Source: Parcubacteria group bacterium GW2011_GWD2_42_14
GTDB lineage: Bacteria; Patescibacteriota; Minisyncoccia; Phycocordibacterales; UBA12088
DNA: 62,811 nucleotides
NCBI GenBank assembly: GCA_000998045.1
Contig: LCCS01000002.1
Span: 1 to 62,811, forward strand
Reading direction: 5' to 3'
A model generated the notes under the pieces. The model ran no database searches. It worked only from the letters and a program-made list of their open reading frames with translations, and had not been told where the DNA came from. This document shows positions 1 through 8,915 of the stretch, piece by piece (the first letter of the stretch is position 1; every line of letters begins with the position of its first letter). The translations under genes and the position numbers were made by a program.

Positions 1-2
1 TT

Positions 3-1544
3 TTAACTTTTAATGAAAATGTTCAAGTTGGAACTGCTGGAAATATTGTTATTTACAATTCTGGAGGAACTGTTTTTGAAACAATTCCTTACAACGATAG
101 TAGAATTACATTTTCAACAAATACTGTAACAATTAACCCAACTGCAAGTTTTGTTGTTGATGCAAGTTATTATGTTCAAATTTCAAATACTGCAATAAGA
201 GATTTGGCTGGAAATGCTTATGCTGGAATTAGCAATACAACAACTTGGAATTTTACCGCAGCTTCTGTAACATATTGCACATCAAATGGAAATGGAACCG
301 ATACTTATTTGGCTGTAATCAGAAATGTAACTTTCGGAACAATAAATAATAGCACCGCATTAGAAGACAATGCTTATAGCGATTTTACCGCACAAACTAC
401 AAATTTAACTCAAGGAAGTTCGGTGAATTTATCCGTAAGCCTTGCAACCGATGGTAATTACACTTACAATTGTGCTGTTTGGATTGATTGGAACAAAGAT
501 GGTGATTTTGCAGATGCAAGCGAAAGTTACAGTTTAGGAACAGTAACAAATAGCGATTTGGGAACAACATCACTTTCTCCACTTTCAATTACAGTTCCAA
601 CAATTGCAACAGGAACAACAAGAATGAGAGTTTCATCAAAATACAATGCTGCTCCAACTTCTTGCGAAACATCTTTTGATGGTGAAGTTGAAGATTATAC
701 TGTAAATGTACAATCTGCGGTTGCAACTCCTATTTTAACAGTGAGTGCATCAACATTAACAGGATTTACTTATGTTTCTGGTGCTGGGCCTTCAACGTCA
801 CAAACATATAATTTAAGCGGAGCTGATTTAACAGGATTCCCATCAAATATTACCGTTACTGCTTCAACAAATTATGAAGTTTCAACCGATAATTCTACTT
901 TTGCAGCAAGTGTAAATGTTGCTTATACAAGTGCAACTTTAAATTCAACCGCAATTTATGTTCGATTAAAAGCTGGTTTAGCAATTGCATCTTACAATTC
1001 TGAAATTGTTGCAAATGTTGGTGGTGGAGCTTCAACCGTAAATGTAACGTGTAGCGGAACAGTAACAAGTTTAGCATACTGTACAGCAGCATCATTAAAT
1101 ACCGACGAATATATTTCAAATGTAATTTTAGGTACAATTTCAAATGCTTCTGACGTTACTACATATTCTGATTTTACAGCATATTCAACAGATTTAGCAA
1201 TTTATTCAACAACATCTATTTCAGTTGAAATAGTTTCAAGTTATGCAACCGATCAAATTTTAATTTGGATTGATTGGAACTCTGATGCCGATTTTGATGA
1301 TGCTGGAGAAACTATTTTAACTTCCGATGTAAACGGAACAAATGGAAATTTATATACAACAAATGTTGTAGTTCCAGCTGATGCTGTTGTAGGAAACACT
1401 CGTATGAGAATTCGTTTGAATTTACTCCAAACGAGTACGATATTAAAAAAGGTGAACATACCCTTTATGTTCTTGTATACACAAGCGCTGGTGTCCAAGG
1501 TGGATCCTCAGTATCGTTCAGGGTACGGTAACAACGTCTTCTAA
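3..1544 (+). CDS. 5'-partial secreted repeat protein with a Big_5-like Ig domain and two GEVED-type domains; its native 3' end appears to be lost
   Basis: Frame 3 is open from nt 3, so the TTG at 204 in the track is not the true start. NENVQVGTAGNIVIYNSGG...AIRDLAGNAY looks like a Big_5-type Ig domain. TRMRVSSKY...SFDGEVEDYTVNV is a GEVED-type motif. The second copy (WIDWNSDADFDD...NTRMRIRL) stops before its GEVEDY motif near nt 1420. This stretch is visibly more AT-rich than the rest of the window. Confidence 0.6.
   Translation, partial: LTFNENVQVGTAGNIVIYNSGGTVFETIPYNDSRITFSTNTVTINPTASFVVDASYYVQISNTAIRDLAGNAYAGISNTTTWNFTAASVTYCTSNGNGTDTYLAVIRNVTFGTINNSTALEDNAYSDFTAQTTNLTQGSSVNLSVSLATDGNYTYNCAVWIDWNKDGDFADASESYSLGTVTNSDLGTTSLSPLSITVPTIATGTTRMRVSSKYNAAPTSCETSFDGEVEDYTVNVQSAVATPILTVSASTLTGFTYVSGAGPSTSQTYNLSGADLTGFPSNITVTASTNYEVSTDNSTFAASVNVAYTSATLNSTAIYVRLKAGLAIASYNSEIVANVGGGASTVNVTCSGTVTSLAYCTAASLNTDEYISNVILGTISNASDVTTYSDFTAYSTDLAIYSTTSISVEIVSSYATDQILIWIDWNSDADFDDAGETILTSDVNGTNGNLYTTNVVVPADAVVGNTRMRIRLNLLQTSTILKKVNIPFMFLYTQALVSKVDPQYRSGYGNNVF
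1421..1531 (+). pseudogene. 3' remnant of an unrelated gene in a different frame (...FTPNEYDIKKGEHTLYVLVYTSAGVQGGSSVSFRVR*)
   Basis: Frame 2 reads a plausible beta-sandwich C-terminus ending at TAA 1529-1531. Base composition shifts at about the same point as the break in the GEVED domain. Confidence 0.3.
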
Positions 1545-1579
1545 TAAATTCGTAGCTTTCAATTTCTTATACAATCTAG

Positions 1580-1843
1580 CTAGCGAATAAAAGAGATTCG
1601 TACATTATACTTCTTGTGGAGAAGTGAGATGATATGTGTTGAATTTTGTAGTAATTCGGAACGAACTGTTGGATGACATGAAAGAACAACACCTCCTTGC
1701 CGTATCGAAACATTTTTTTCTATAAGAGTAATACCACATTCATCATTTACTGTTTGAATCAATAACTTTATAGTACTTGCGTGTGGTGCTTTTAAGTTCT
1801 TATATCGAGCAAGATACGTTTTTAATTCTTCCATACATAACAA
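1580..1843 (-). CDS. small protein downstream of dnaN, tentatively DUF721/DciA-like
   Basis: An 87-aa ORF lies 3 nt downstream of dnaN on the same strand. The segment VSIRQGGVVLSCHPTVRSELLQNSTHIISLL resembles the DUF721 core. The call rests on position and motif only. Confidence 0.35.
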   Translation of the reverse strand: MLCMEELKTYLARYKNLKAPHASTIKLLIQTVNDECGITLIEKNVSIRQGGVVLSCHPTVRSELLQNSTHIISLLHKKYNVRISFIR

Positions 1844-1845
1844 CT

Positions 1846-2946
1846 CTACCTATTCATAGGCATAACTAAATAAAGGAAACCATCATTCCCTACTGGGCGA
1901 ATAAGTGCCGGTTGTGACTGCCCTCCGAATTGAATAGTAATACTATCACTTGTTATTGAATGAAGTGAATCAAGTAAATATTTTTGATTAAAACTTATCA
2001 CCAAATCTTTTCCTGTAATAGCCGCCGCAAGCGTATCTGTTGTTTCTCCCACACTGTCATTTTTTGTGTGTGCGATAAATTTTTTCTCTTTTGGGGATAT
2101 AGTGATAGTTGTTTGATTAAATTGGTCTGAGAAGGCTGTAGCCTTTCTCAGAGTGCGTTCAAAGTCAAACACCAACATAGTAGCTTCAGAAACAAATTCC
2201 TTTGGAATAATTTGTGTATAGTCTGGAAAGGTACCCGAAACCAAACGGAGAGTGATGTAAATGTTTGGTAGAGTGATTGAAAGCTGATGTTTGTTTGATT
2301 TCACTTGAACATCTCCTTCAACCTGTTCAAGGATTCTAAGAAGATTACTTGTTGATTTACTTGGTATAAGAAACGGTTCTGAATCAATGGAATGTTTAAG
2401 AGGTGTTTTCTTTTCAGCTAAACGGAATGAGTCAGTAGCAGCTGCAATAAGAGTACTTCCGTCTGGATGCACAAACACACTTGATAATTCGGGTTTAATT
2501 GTTGAGTTACTTGCACAATATACTACCGCATTAATAGTGTCTCGAAACTGTTTTGCTGGCAGTGTAATTTCTTTTCCACCTTCAACCTCAGGTAAGACAG
2601 GAAAATCCTCAGTATCATGTAAGGCTATTTTTGAAGATCCTTCACTACTTCGTACAATAAGATGTCCATTATCTGAACTTAGAACTACTTCTGTTCCACT
2701 TGGGAGTGAGGATATAACATGAGCAAGTACGCTTCCTGATACAGCAACCATTCCTTTTGTTGTTTTTTCTACAGGAACCGTAAAACGCACACCAACCTCA
2801 AGATTAGTAGAAGAGAGGAGGAGTGTATTATCGGTAACCTCAAGAAGAATACATGAAAGTACAGGTAGTGTGTGTTTCTTTATGGTCGTCTTCTCAGTTT
2901 GTATAACTGGTTCAAGAAGTTGTTCACGAGCTACTGTACATTGCAT
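1846..2946 (-). CDS. dnaN: DNA polymerase III beta sliding clamp
   Basis: The 366-aa product has an N-terminus LLEPVIQTEKTTIKKHTLPVLSCILLE and a C-terminus RPVGNDGFLYLVMPMNR, both typical of DnaN. It lies directly downstream of dnaA. Confidence 0.95.
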   Translation of the reverse strand: MQCTVAREQLLEPVIQTEKTTIKKHTLPVLSCILLEVTDNTLLLSSTNLEVGVRFTVPVEKTTKGMVAVSGSVLAHVISSLPSGTEVVLSSDNGHLIVRSSEGSSKIALHDTEDFPVLPEVEGGKEITLPAKQFRDTINAVVYCASNSTIKPELSSVFVHPDGSTLIAAATDSFRLAEKKTPLKHSIDSEPFLIPSKSTSNLLRILEQVEGDVQVKSNKHQLSITLPNIYITLRLVSGTFPDYTQIIPKEFVSEATMLVFDFERTLRKATAFSDQFNQTTITISPKEKKFIAHTKNDSVGETTDTLAAAITGKDLVISFNQKYLLDSLHSITSDSITIQFGGQSQPALIRPVGNDGFLYLVMPMNR

Positions 2947-3197
2947 ATTAGTTCGTTTTTTTTAAAAATGATAAAACTTGTTACTACTAGGACTGTTGAT
3001 ATGTGGATAGTTTATTTATCTTTATTTTTCAACATTTTTTCACTGCTTTGGTATAAACTCCTGTGGAAAGATGTGTATAAGTTTTGATGGTTTGAAAACA
3101 AGGAAGTAAATTCTTCACGCTAACCACATGTTTGCAGTACTTTTATACAACGTTTTCCTATACTTATCCACAATTAAAAAACAGACCTCTCCCCCAC
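2947..3197. promoter_or_regulatory. candidate oriC segment in the dnaA-dnaN intergenic region, with DnaA boxes and an AT-rich tract
   Basis: There is a perfect TTATCCACA at 3164-3172 and one-mismatch boxes TGTGGATAG at 3002-3010 and TGTGGAAAG at 3062-3070. An AT-rich run sits at 3011-3045. Confidence 0.5.
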
Positions 3198-4559
3198 CTA
3201 CTTCAACATCGCACGAATTTCTTCAACCTCTCTTTGTAGTGATGGGTTATCCAAAAGCTCTCTTTTAATTTTTTCACAAGAGTGTATCACTGTTGTGTGA
3301 TCTCTTCCGCCAAGTTTTTGTCCAATAGTTGGATAGGAGATTAAGAAATCTTGACGCATAAGATACATGATTATTTGTCGAGGTTTTACTACTTCTTTTT
3401 TTCTCGTTTTTTCATATATAACGGTATCTTCAACATCATAATAACGAGAGACGCGCTCCACCAAGTCTTTCACTGAGACGTTTTTTTGTGGTCGTAGATT
3501 ATTTTTAACGATTTGTTTGATGTCGTTTATATCAAGACTCGAACCTTTAAGTTGTGTTTGACATATAACCCTGTTTAAAATACCTTCAAGGTCGCGAATA
3601 TTACCCTCTACTTCATTAGCAATAACCTGTGAGAGTTCGTCGGTAAGTAAAAAGTTGTGGTGGGCAGCTTTTGTTTTAAGAATAGCTACTCTTGATTCAT
3701 GGTCAGGAATAGTGACATCAATAATCATTCCCTGTCCAAAACGAGATCGAAGTCTATCAGTTAAGTCTGAAATATAACTTGGGTGTCTGTCTGAGGAGAA
3801 AACGATTTGTTTATTATTCTCATACAAAGAGTTAAAGATGTGAAATAATTCCTCCTGCATCTTATCTTTTCCTGAAAGAAATTGTACATCATCCATAATA
3901 AGAACATCATACTGGCGGTATTTTTCCTTTACATTTTGGATAGTGTTCTGTTGGATAGCGCTCACAATATCAGTACCGAACCGTTCAGAGGTGGTATAGA
4001 ATATTTTTTTTGAATTATTAAGGTGTTTAAGGTGGTTACCTATTGCTTGAATAAGGTGCGTTTTTCCACAACCAGTGTTTCCATAGATAAAAAGCGGGTT
4101 GTAGGTGATTCCTGGCTCTTTAATAACCGCTTGTGATGCGGCAAACGCAAGCTCATTAAAGGGACCCACAACATAGGTGTTAAAAGTGTATCGAGGATTA
4201 AGGTTGTCTGCCCTGTTTATGTAATGCTCAGCAAGCGGTAATTCGCTTGAAGGCATGCAGGTGCGACCTGATTTTCTCTCAGTTTTGGGCTTTTTCTTTT
4301 CCTCTCGCGCAATGACATATTCAACACCTCGCGTGTTTGGTGAAATACCGCGGAGTGCGCGAAGAATAGTCTTGTGGTGCTTGTCAGCCAACCAATCTTT
4401 GTAGAATTGACTAGGAACGCCAATGTAAACGATACCATCCTCTATCTTAATAACATGCGTTCCCTTAAACCATGTGCTAAAGTTTGCTCGTGATACAGAA
4501 AGTTCAATATCTACTAATGCGTTTTCCCATACTTTCTTGGTATCAACAAGCTGAGTCAT
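3198..4559 (-). CDS. dnaA: chromosomal replication initiator DnaA
   Basis: Walker A GNTGCGKTHL, LIMDDVQFL, the sensor SNIRDLEGIL and the C-terminal DNA-binding segment KLGGRDHTTVIHSCEKI are all present. An ATG at 4559 gives MTQLVD. The track ORF instead starts at TTG 4568. Confidence 0.96.
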   Translation of the reverse strand: MTQLVDTKKVWENALVDIELSVSRANFSTWFKGTHVIKIEDGIVYIGVPSQFYKDWLADKHHKTILRALRGISPNTRGVEYVIAREEKKKPKTERKSGRTCMPSSELPLAEHYINRADNLNPRYTFNTYVVGPFNELAFAASQAVIKEPGITYNPLFIYGNTGCGKTHLIQAIGNHLKHLNNSKKIFYTTSERFGTDIVSAIQQNTIQNVKEKYRQYDVLIMDDVQFLSGKDKMQEELFHIFNSLYENNKQIVFSSDRHPSYISDLTDRLRSRFGQGMIIDVTIPDHESRVAILKTKAAHHNFLLTDELSQVIANEVEGNIRDLEGILNRVICQTQLKGSSLDINDIKQIVKNNLRPQKNVSVKDLVERVSRYYDVEDTVIYEKTRKKEVVKPRQIIMYLMRQDFLISYPTIGQKLGGRDHTTVIHSCEKIKRELLDNPSLQREVEEIRAMLK

Positions 4560-4568
4560 TGAAATCAA

Positions 4569-5000
4569 TTATAGCGACTCTGAAAAACAATACTAGTTCA
4601 CAAACATGTAGTTTGTGTGTGTTTATGGGGATAGTATGTGGATAAGTGGACAAGAGAGTTATGAGTAAAGCGAGTAGCGAGTTATCGAGTGACGAGCCTG
4701 CCCTACAGGTGCAGGTATGGTAGGCAGGTAAAACGATGTTGAAAGAGGTTTTGTGCCGAGCTCTACTCTGTACTGAAACCTAATTCTAGTACAAGGTTTT
4801 GCTTTTAGTGTGAGGTTAAAAGTAAATGACACAAGTTCAAAAGCAGTGACATGTGTGTTTTTTGTAAGTAGTTTATTTTTTTGGCTTAAAATAAGGTTTA
4901 TGTGATGCGCTAAAGCTTGCTTTTTTCTATAAATATGATATAATATTAAAAGGTAAACGATGTTTGAAATAAGTATAAAAACTCACAAGGAGGTTAAGAG
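4569..5000. promoter_or_regulatory. region upstream of dnaA with a DnaA box, an AT-rich tract and the promoter for the 5001 gene
   Basis: A perfect TGTGGATAA at 4637-4645 is followed by GTGGACAA. AT-rich sequence runs from about 4860 to 4980. A TTGCTT-N17-TATAAT promoter lies near 4917-4945, with an AAGGAGG Shine-Dalgarno site before ATG 5001. Confidence 0.4.
4663..4696 (+). repeat. GAG-stop repeat (GAGTAAAGCGAGTAGCGAGTTATCGAGTGACGAG)
   Basis: A single frame reads GAG TAA ... GAG TAG ... GAG TGA. The 19-mer at 4663-4681 matches 42911-42929 at 18 of 19 positions. CGAGTGACGAG recurs in reverse complement at 58345-58390. Confidence 0.7.
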
Positions 5001-6206
5001 ATGAAAAATAACAGAAGGTTTATAATGGTGCTGATCGTTTTCTTCACCCTTCCGGAAGTTTTGTTTGGAGTAGTTAGTATTTTTACAGGCTTTACTCCTG
5101 GGATGCAATTCCTTTTAGGGGCGATTGTATCGCTACAGTTTTTGGTTGCCTTATTCTTGATTACTGCTCCGCTTACTGCTGGACTATTTGTGAGCACGGT
5201 TAAAAAACCAAAACACATTCCATTTTTACCGCTTTTTGCTGCCGTTGAAAATGGTAGATCAAAAGCTATTGTTGACCAAGGTGGAAATGCGGTGCGTTAT
5301 GTTGTAAACAAACATGATGCCGGGTTTCATTTGAAAACGGAATTTAATGGAATTTCGTCGGAAGATAATAAATGGAATGTTGTTGAAAAAGAGTATTCCA
5401 ATGCACGAAATTTTTGGGAAAAAAGAGTTGAAGATAAAACAGGCTTGGTGTTTGTTGGTATCTTCCCTTGGAGGAGAGTGTATCACTATGAGTTACATCC
5501 TATAAAAATGTTAACAAAAAGTGGTACTAGAACTTTGGTTATATCAGAATCAGAGACATCAGACCATGTTCGTGTGAGAGAGTTTAACTGGGGAGCCCAG
5601 GTAACAGTGCTTCTAAAAGACATGTTCCAGGTTTCCATCCTTTTTTCGTTTCGTCTTATGTGTACAAATCCACACAAACTCTTGTTTGGTGTAGATAATT
5701 GGGACGAAAGCTTTGCAGATGCGATTGCTTCTCGGACCATTGAAACTCTCCAAAATATCAAATTGGAGAAACTAACCGAACCTGGTACTGGTGCTAAGGG
5801 TATGATTGCAGACAATGTTTCAAAAATTTCACTCGACGTTGAACCAAAAACAGAAGTGAATTGGGGTTTGAGAGTAATTGAAACCCAAATCTCAAAGTAT
5901 GAATTCCTCCCCTTAACTGAAGAAGAGAGAAAGGCACTTACCGTTGTGGAGGTTACGAGACGAAGAATGGATGCTCGTGCAATCGAGTACAGTACTGAAA
6001 AGCTGGGTGAGAGTGGTGTAGTGGAAGAAAGGGCTAAGGTGATTGAGGCTCATGGCGTTGCAGGTATGCAGGCCAGTCGTGATCAAATGCTCGAAACTGC
6101 TGCAAAAGATGGGCAACAAACAGTAATAACAGGACTGAGTAATACTCAACCATCAGAGGAAGGTGAGATTGTAAAACTTCTTAAGGCCTTACTTGCAAAA
6201 AAATAG
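5001..6206 (+). CDS. membrane-anchored protein with an SPFH/band-7-like domain (tentative)
   Basis: A strong Shine-Dalgarno site precedes the start. The product has N-terminal transmembrane helices followed by segments resembling an SPFH fold (GLVFVGIFPWRRVY..., DHVRVREFNWGAQVTVLL..., ADAIASRTIETLQNIKLEKL). Confidence 0.45.
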   Translation: MKNNRRFIMVLIVFFTLPEVLFGVVSIFTGFTPGMQFLLGAIVSLQFLVALFLITAPLTAGLFVSTVKKPKHIPFLPLFAAVENGRSKAIVDQGGNAVRYVVNKHDAGFHLKTEFNGISSEDNKWNVVEKEYSNARNFWEKRVEDKTGLVFVGIFPWRRVYHYELHPIKMLTKSGTRTLVISESETSDHVRVREFNWGAQVTVLLKDMFQVSILFSFRLMCTNPHKLLFGVDNWDESFADAIASRTIETLQNIKLEKLTEPGTGAKGMIADNVSKISLDVEPKTEVNWGLRVIETQISKYEFLPLTEEERKALTVVEVTRRRMDARAIEYSTEKLGESGVVEERAKVIEAHGVAGMQASRDQMLETAAKDGQQTVITGLSNTQPSEEGEIVKLLKALLAKK

Positions 6207-6223
6207 TTTAAAGGAGTGAAACT

Positions 6224-7051
6224 ATGAGCTGGTTCCTGTTTGGATTTATATCCACCTTGACGCTAATTGTGGGTGCGGGTGTTTTTGTTTATGTTCTAAA
6301 AACATCCACCACAAAAACAACTCTAAAACCAACATCTGAAGGAGATTCTAAAACAACTTCACCGGCAACTTCGCCAAATGTAAAAGTTGTTGTAACAACA
6401 ACTAAAAGTAACACTTATGTTGTTGTAGGTATGGTACTGCTTCTACTCGTCCTTTTTGGGGTAGTAGTGTTTACCTACCCAATTCTGAAGAACGTCAACT
6501 ACCATGGGTATGGTTCTGTTTTTCCTTACTCACTGGCTGTAATTGTTGGGTGCTTGGTGTACTACATGAGAACAAAAAAGGAGGAGAAGTTACGCTCGGC
6601 ACTACTTGCCACCACAGGCACCGCGATATTGATAGCGTTGTGGATGTATCACGGGCAGCTAGGCGCACTTTTAGTTGGGTCGTCGAGTAAGGTAGTAGGA
6701 CAGGTTACCCCGATATATGTAGAAAAGGAGTTCCTGGTCTTCCTAATCGCACCCTTGATGGGCCTGATGAGCTACTACTTGAGCGACCGAGGATACAAAA
6801 GATTTTCCTATGCGCTCATGATAACTATCGCAACAGCGGTTGTGATAGCGCTTTGGATTCATCCGGAAGTGCTGAAAGAGGTCGTTAGACCTTTTGGTAC
6901 AACTTCACTTGTAGAACACGCTAAGGATAGCAGTTCGAAGTTTGCTGTATATCTGGCAGTGGTATTGTTTATTCTCGCAGTTCTTTCTGGGAAGCTTATT
7001 GAAGTCATTATTGGAACGGCTTTGATGCTTATTCTCTGGAACTGCTTTTAG
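6224..7051 (+). CDS. polytopic membrane protein of unknown function
   Basis: An AAGGAG Shine-Dalgarno site precedes the start. There are multiple hydrophobic helices and a Thr/Ser/Lys-rich linker after the first helix. The gene is followed by a terminator. Confidence 0.65.
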   Translation: MSWFLFGFISTLTLIVGAGVFVYVLKTSTTKTTLKPTSEGDSKTTSPATSPNVKVVVTTTKSNTYVVVGMVLLLLVLFGVVVFTYPILKNVNYHGYGSVFPYSLAVIVGCLVYYMRTKKEEKLRSALLATTGTAILIALWMYHGQLGALLVGSSSKVVGQVTPIYVEKEFLVFLIAPLMGLMSYYLSDRGYKRFSYALMITIATAVVIALWIHPEVLKEVVRPFGTTSLVEHAKDSSSKFAVYLAVVLFILAVLSGKLIEVIIGTALMLILWNCF

Positions 7052-7060
7052 CTCTTTTAC

Positions 7061-7098
7061 CCACCCTGCACGCTTGCGTGCAGGGTGGTTTTGCTTTT
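7061..7098 (+). terminator. rho-independent terminator
   Basis: The stem CCACCCTGCACG / CGTGCAGGGTGG has a CTTG loop and is followed by TTTTGCTTTT. Confidence 0.75.
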
Positions 7099-7141
7099 AT
7101 ATAATCTGTGGTATAGTGCCACACACAAACAAAGTAATAGT

Positions 7142-7285
7142 ATGCCAAAACGAACATATCAACCTAAAAACAAGAAACGAATGACCACTCATGGCTTTCT
7201 AGTGCGCATGCGTACCCCAGGTGGTAAACGCGTTATTAAACGCCGACGTGCAAAGGGTCGTTCAAAACTTGCAGTAAAACTCTAG
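7142..7285 (+). CDS. rpmH: 50S ribosomal protein L34
   Basis: The product reads [45 protein letters not shown]. The internal ATG at 7142 is the true start. Confidence 0.95.
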   Translation: MPKRTYQPKNKKRMTTHGFLVRMRTPGGKRVIKRRRAKGRSKLAVKL

Positions 7286-7287
7286 AC

Positions 7288-7317
7288 AAACAAACCGCCC
7301 TTTTGAGCGGTTTGTTT
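7288..7317 (+). other. stem-loop between rpmH and rnpA
   Basis: AAACAAACCGC pairs with GCGGTTTGTTT across an 8-nt loop. Confidence 0.5.
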
Positions 7318-7335
7318 CATTACACCCACACCACA

Positions 7336-7656
7336 ATGCTTAAAAAGAAACAACGACTATCACGAGCTGATTTTACAAACCTCCTTAAAAAAGGAAAACG
7401 GCTCCATTCTCCGTACTTCTCCCTTCTCTATATGGGGGCACAAGAAACAAAATGCGGTCTCGTGGTAGGTAAAAAAATAGCAAAAAAGGCGACTATGAGA
7501 AATAAGGTACGTCGGCAAATATATGCCATCTTTGGTGAAAATCTAACAGTACTAAGTAAGGTACACTGCGCCCTCTTGACTCGACCTAATATAACCTCCC
7601 TTACTTATTTTGAGCTTAAAATGGAGATCGAAAAACTCATTAAAAACCTGAAATGA
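7336..7656 (+). CDS. rnpA: RNase P protein component
   Basis: The product has MLKKKQRLSRADF...KKIAKKATMRNKVRRQI and sits in the conserved position after rpmH. It ends with TGA. Confidence 0.85.
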   Translation: MLKKKQRLSRADFTNLLKKGKRLHSPYFSLLYMGAQETKCGLVVGKKIAKKATMRNKVRRQIYAIFGENLTVLSKVHCALLTRPNITSLTYFELKMEIEKLIKNLK

Positions 7657-7693
7657 ATAGCAGGACCGCTTTTTTTAGGGTAGAATAGCAGGC

Positions 7694-8443
7694 ATGGTAT
7701 CTGAAATTTTTCATACAGTGGTCTACACCCCTCTGTACAACGCTCTTATAGCACTACTTGATATAGGTCCATGGGTGGATATGGGTGTTGCGGTTATTGT
7801 ACTGACACTAATCGTCAAAACAGCTATGTTTCCGCTCTCTCTGAAAGCAGCCCGTACTCAACGGGTCATGAAAGACCTTGAAGGTCCCATGAAAGAGCTT
7901 CGAGAGAAATACAAAGATAACCGCGAAGAACAAGGACGTCGTCTCCTCGCACTCTATCGAGACAATAACGTGAACCCTTTTTCGAGTTTTCTGGTGCTGT
8001 TTATACAGCTCCCTGTTATTCTCGGTCTCTATTTTGTGTTTTTAAAAGGGGGATTGCCAACCATAGACCCTACACTGCTCTATAGTTTTGTTCCACAACC
8101 TAGCAGTGATGTATCCATGCATTTTCTTGGACTCATCGATCTTACCGCAAAAAATATACCCCTTGCCATACTTGCAGGTATCAGCCAGCACTTTCAAGCG
8201 CGACTTGCGCTTCCTGACCTTGCACCTAAGAAGGAAGACGCCACTTTCCAAGAAGATTTTGCACGATCTCTTCAAGTTCAAATGAAGTATGTATTACCGT
8301 TTGTTATTATATTTGTTGCGTACGTAGCAAGCGCTGCGGTTGCGCTTTACTGGATTACGAGTAATATTTTTGCTATTGGTCAAGAAATACACGTGAAGAA
8401 TCGTGTTGAATCAGAAAAGCAACAGGTACAGCAAAGTAACTAA
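7694..8443 (+). CDS. yidC: membrane protein insertase YidC (short form)
   Basis: The segment MFPLSLKAARTQRVMKDLEGPMKELREKYKDNREEQGRRLLALYRDNNVNPFSSFLVLFIQLPVILGLY is typical of YidC/OxaA. The rnpA-yidC-jag gene order is conserved. Confidence 0.9.
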   Translation: MVSEIFHTVVYTPLYNALIALLDIGPWVDMGVAVIVLTLIVKTAMFPLSLKAARTQRVMKDLEGPMKELREKYKDNREEQGRRLLALYRDNNVNPFSSFLVLFIQLPVILGLYFVFLKGGLPTIDPTLLYSFVPQPSSDVSMHFLGLIDLTAKNIPLAILAGISQHFQARLALPDLAPKKEDATFQEDFARSLQVQMKYVLPFVIIFVAYVASAAVALYWITSNIFAIGQEIHVKNRVESEKQQVQQSN

Positions 8444-8454
8444 TCAGTAAAAAT

Positions 8455-8913
8455 ATGGACGAAACAGAAATGAGGGCTTATATAAAAGAATTTGTGGAAA
8501 AAATGGGCATAATTGTTGAGTCTGTTGAGGTTGTTGTTGTTGCAGCGCACCAAATATATTCTATTAAAACACCAGACAGCAAACAGCTCATTGGCCCGCA
8601 AGGGGAACATTTGCGAGCCCTCAACTATATTTTTAGGCGAAGTATAGAAAAGAAAACAAACACCAAGGATAGTCGAATTGTTGTGGATGTAAATGGGTAT
8701 CAACACAAACAGCTCAGTGAACTTGAACAGAAGGCCACTTTGCTTGCTGAGAGGGTTCGTACATTCAAATCAAGTGCAGATATGACCCCAATGTCAGCGT
8801 ATGAGCGTATGATCGTTCACTCAATGTTTAGTGAGGACAAGAATATTACCACAGAGTCTGAAGGGTTTGGCGCCACTCGACATGTGGTGCTTAGATACAA
8901 AGAAAGCATATAG
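8455..8913 (+). CDS. jag: Jag/KhpB-like RNA-binding protein (KH and R3H domains)
   Basis: The C-terminal R3H-like segment is ERMIVHSMFSEDKNITTESEGFGATRHVVL. The gene follows yidC. Confidence 0.8.
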   Translation: MDETEMRAYIKEFVEKMGIIVESVEVVVVAAHQIYSIKTPDSKQLIGPQGEHLRALNYIFRRSIEKKTNTKDSRIVVDVNGYQHKQLSELEQKATLLAERVRTFKSSADMTPMSAYERMIVHSMFSEDKNITTESEGFGATRHVVLRYKESI

Positions 8914-8915
8914 GA

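Noticed and set aside
2872-3087. A 71-aa ORF in the dnaA-dnaN spacer.
   Set aside because: It lies in the AT-rich, DnaA-box-bearing candidate origin. It has Phe/Leu/Lys-biased composition and no ribosome-binding site.
7654-7656. Possible alternative genetic code (UGA as a sense codon) as seen in some CPR lineages.
   Set aside because: TGA terminates rnpA at the expected length, and other conserved genes have normal lengths under the standard code.
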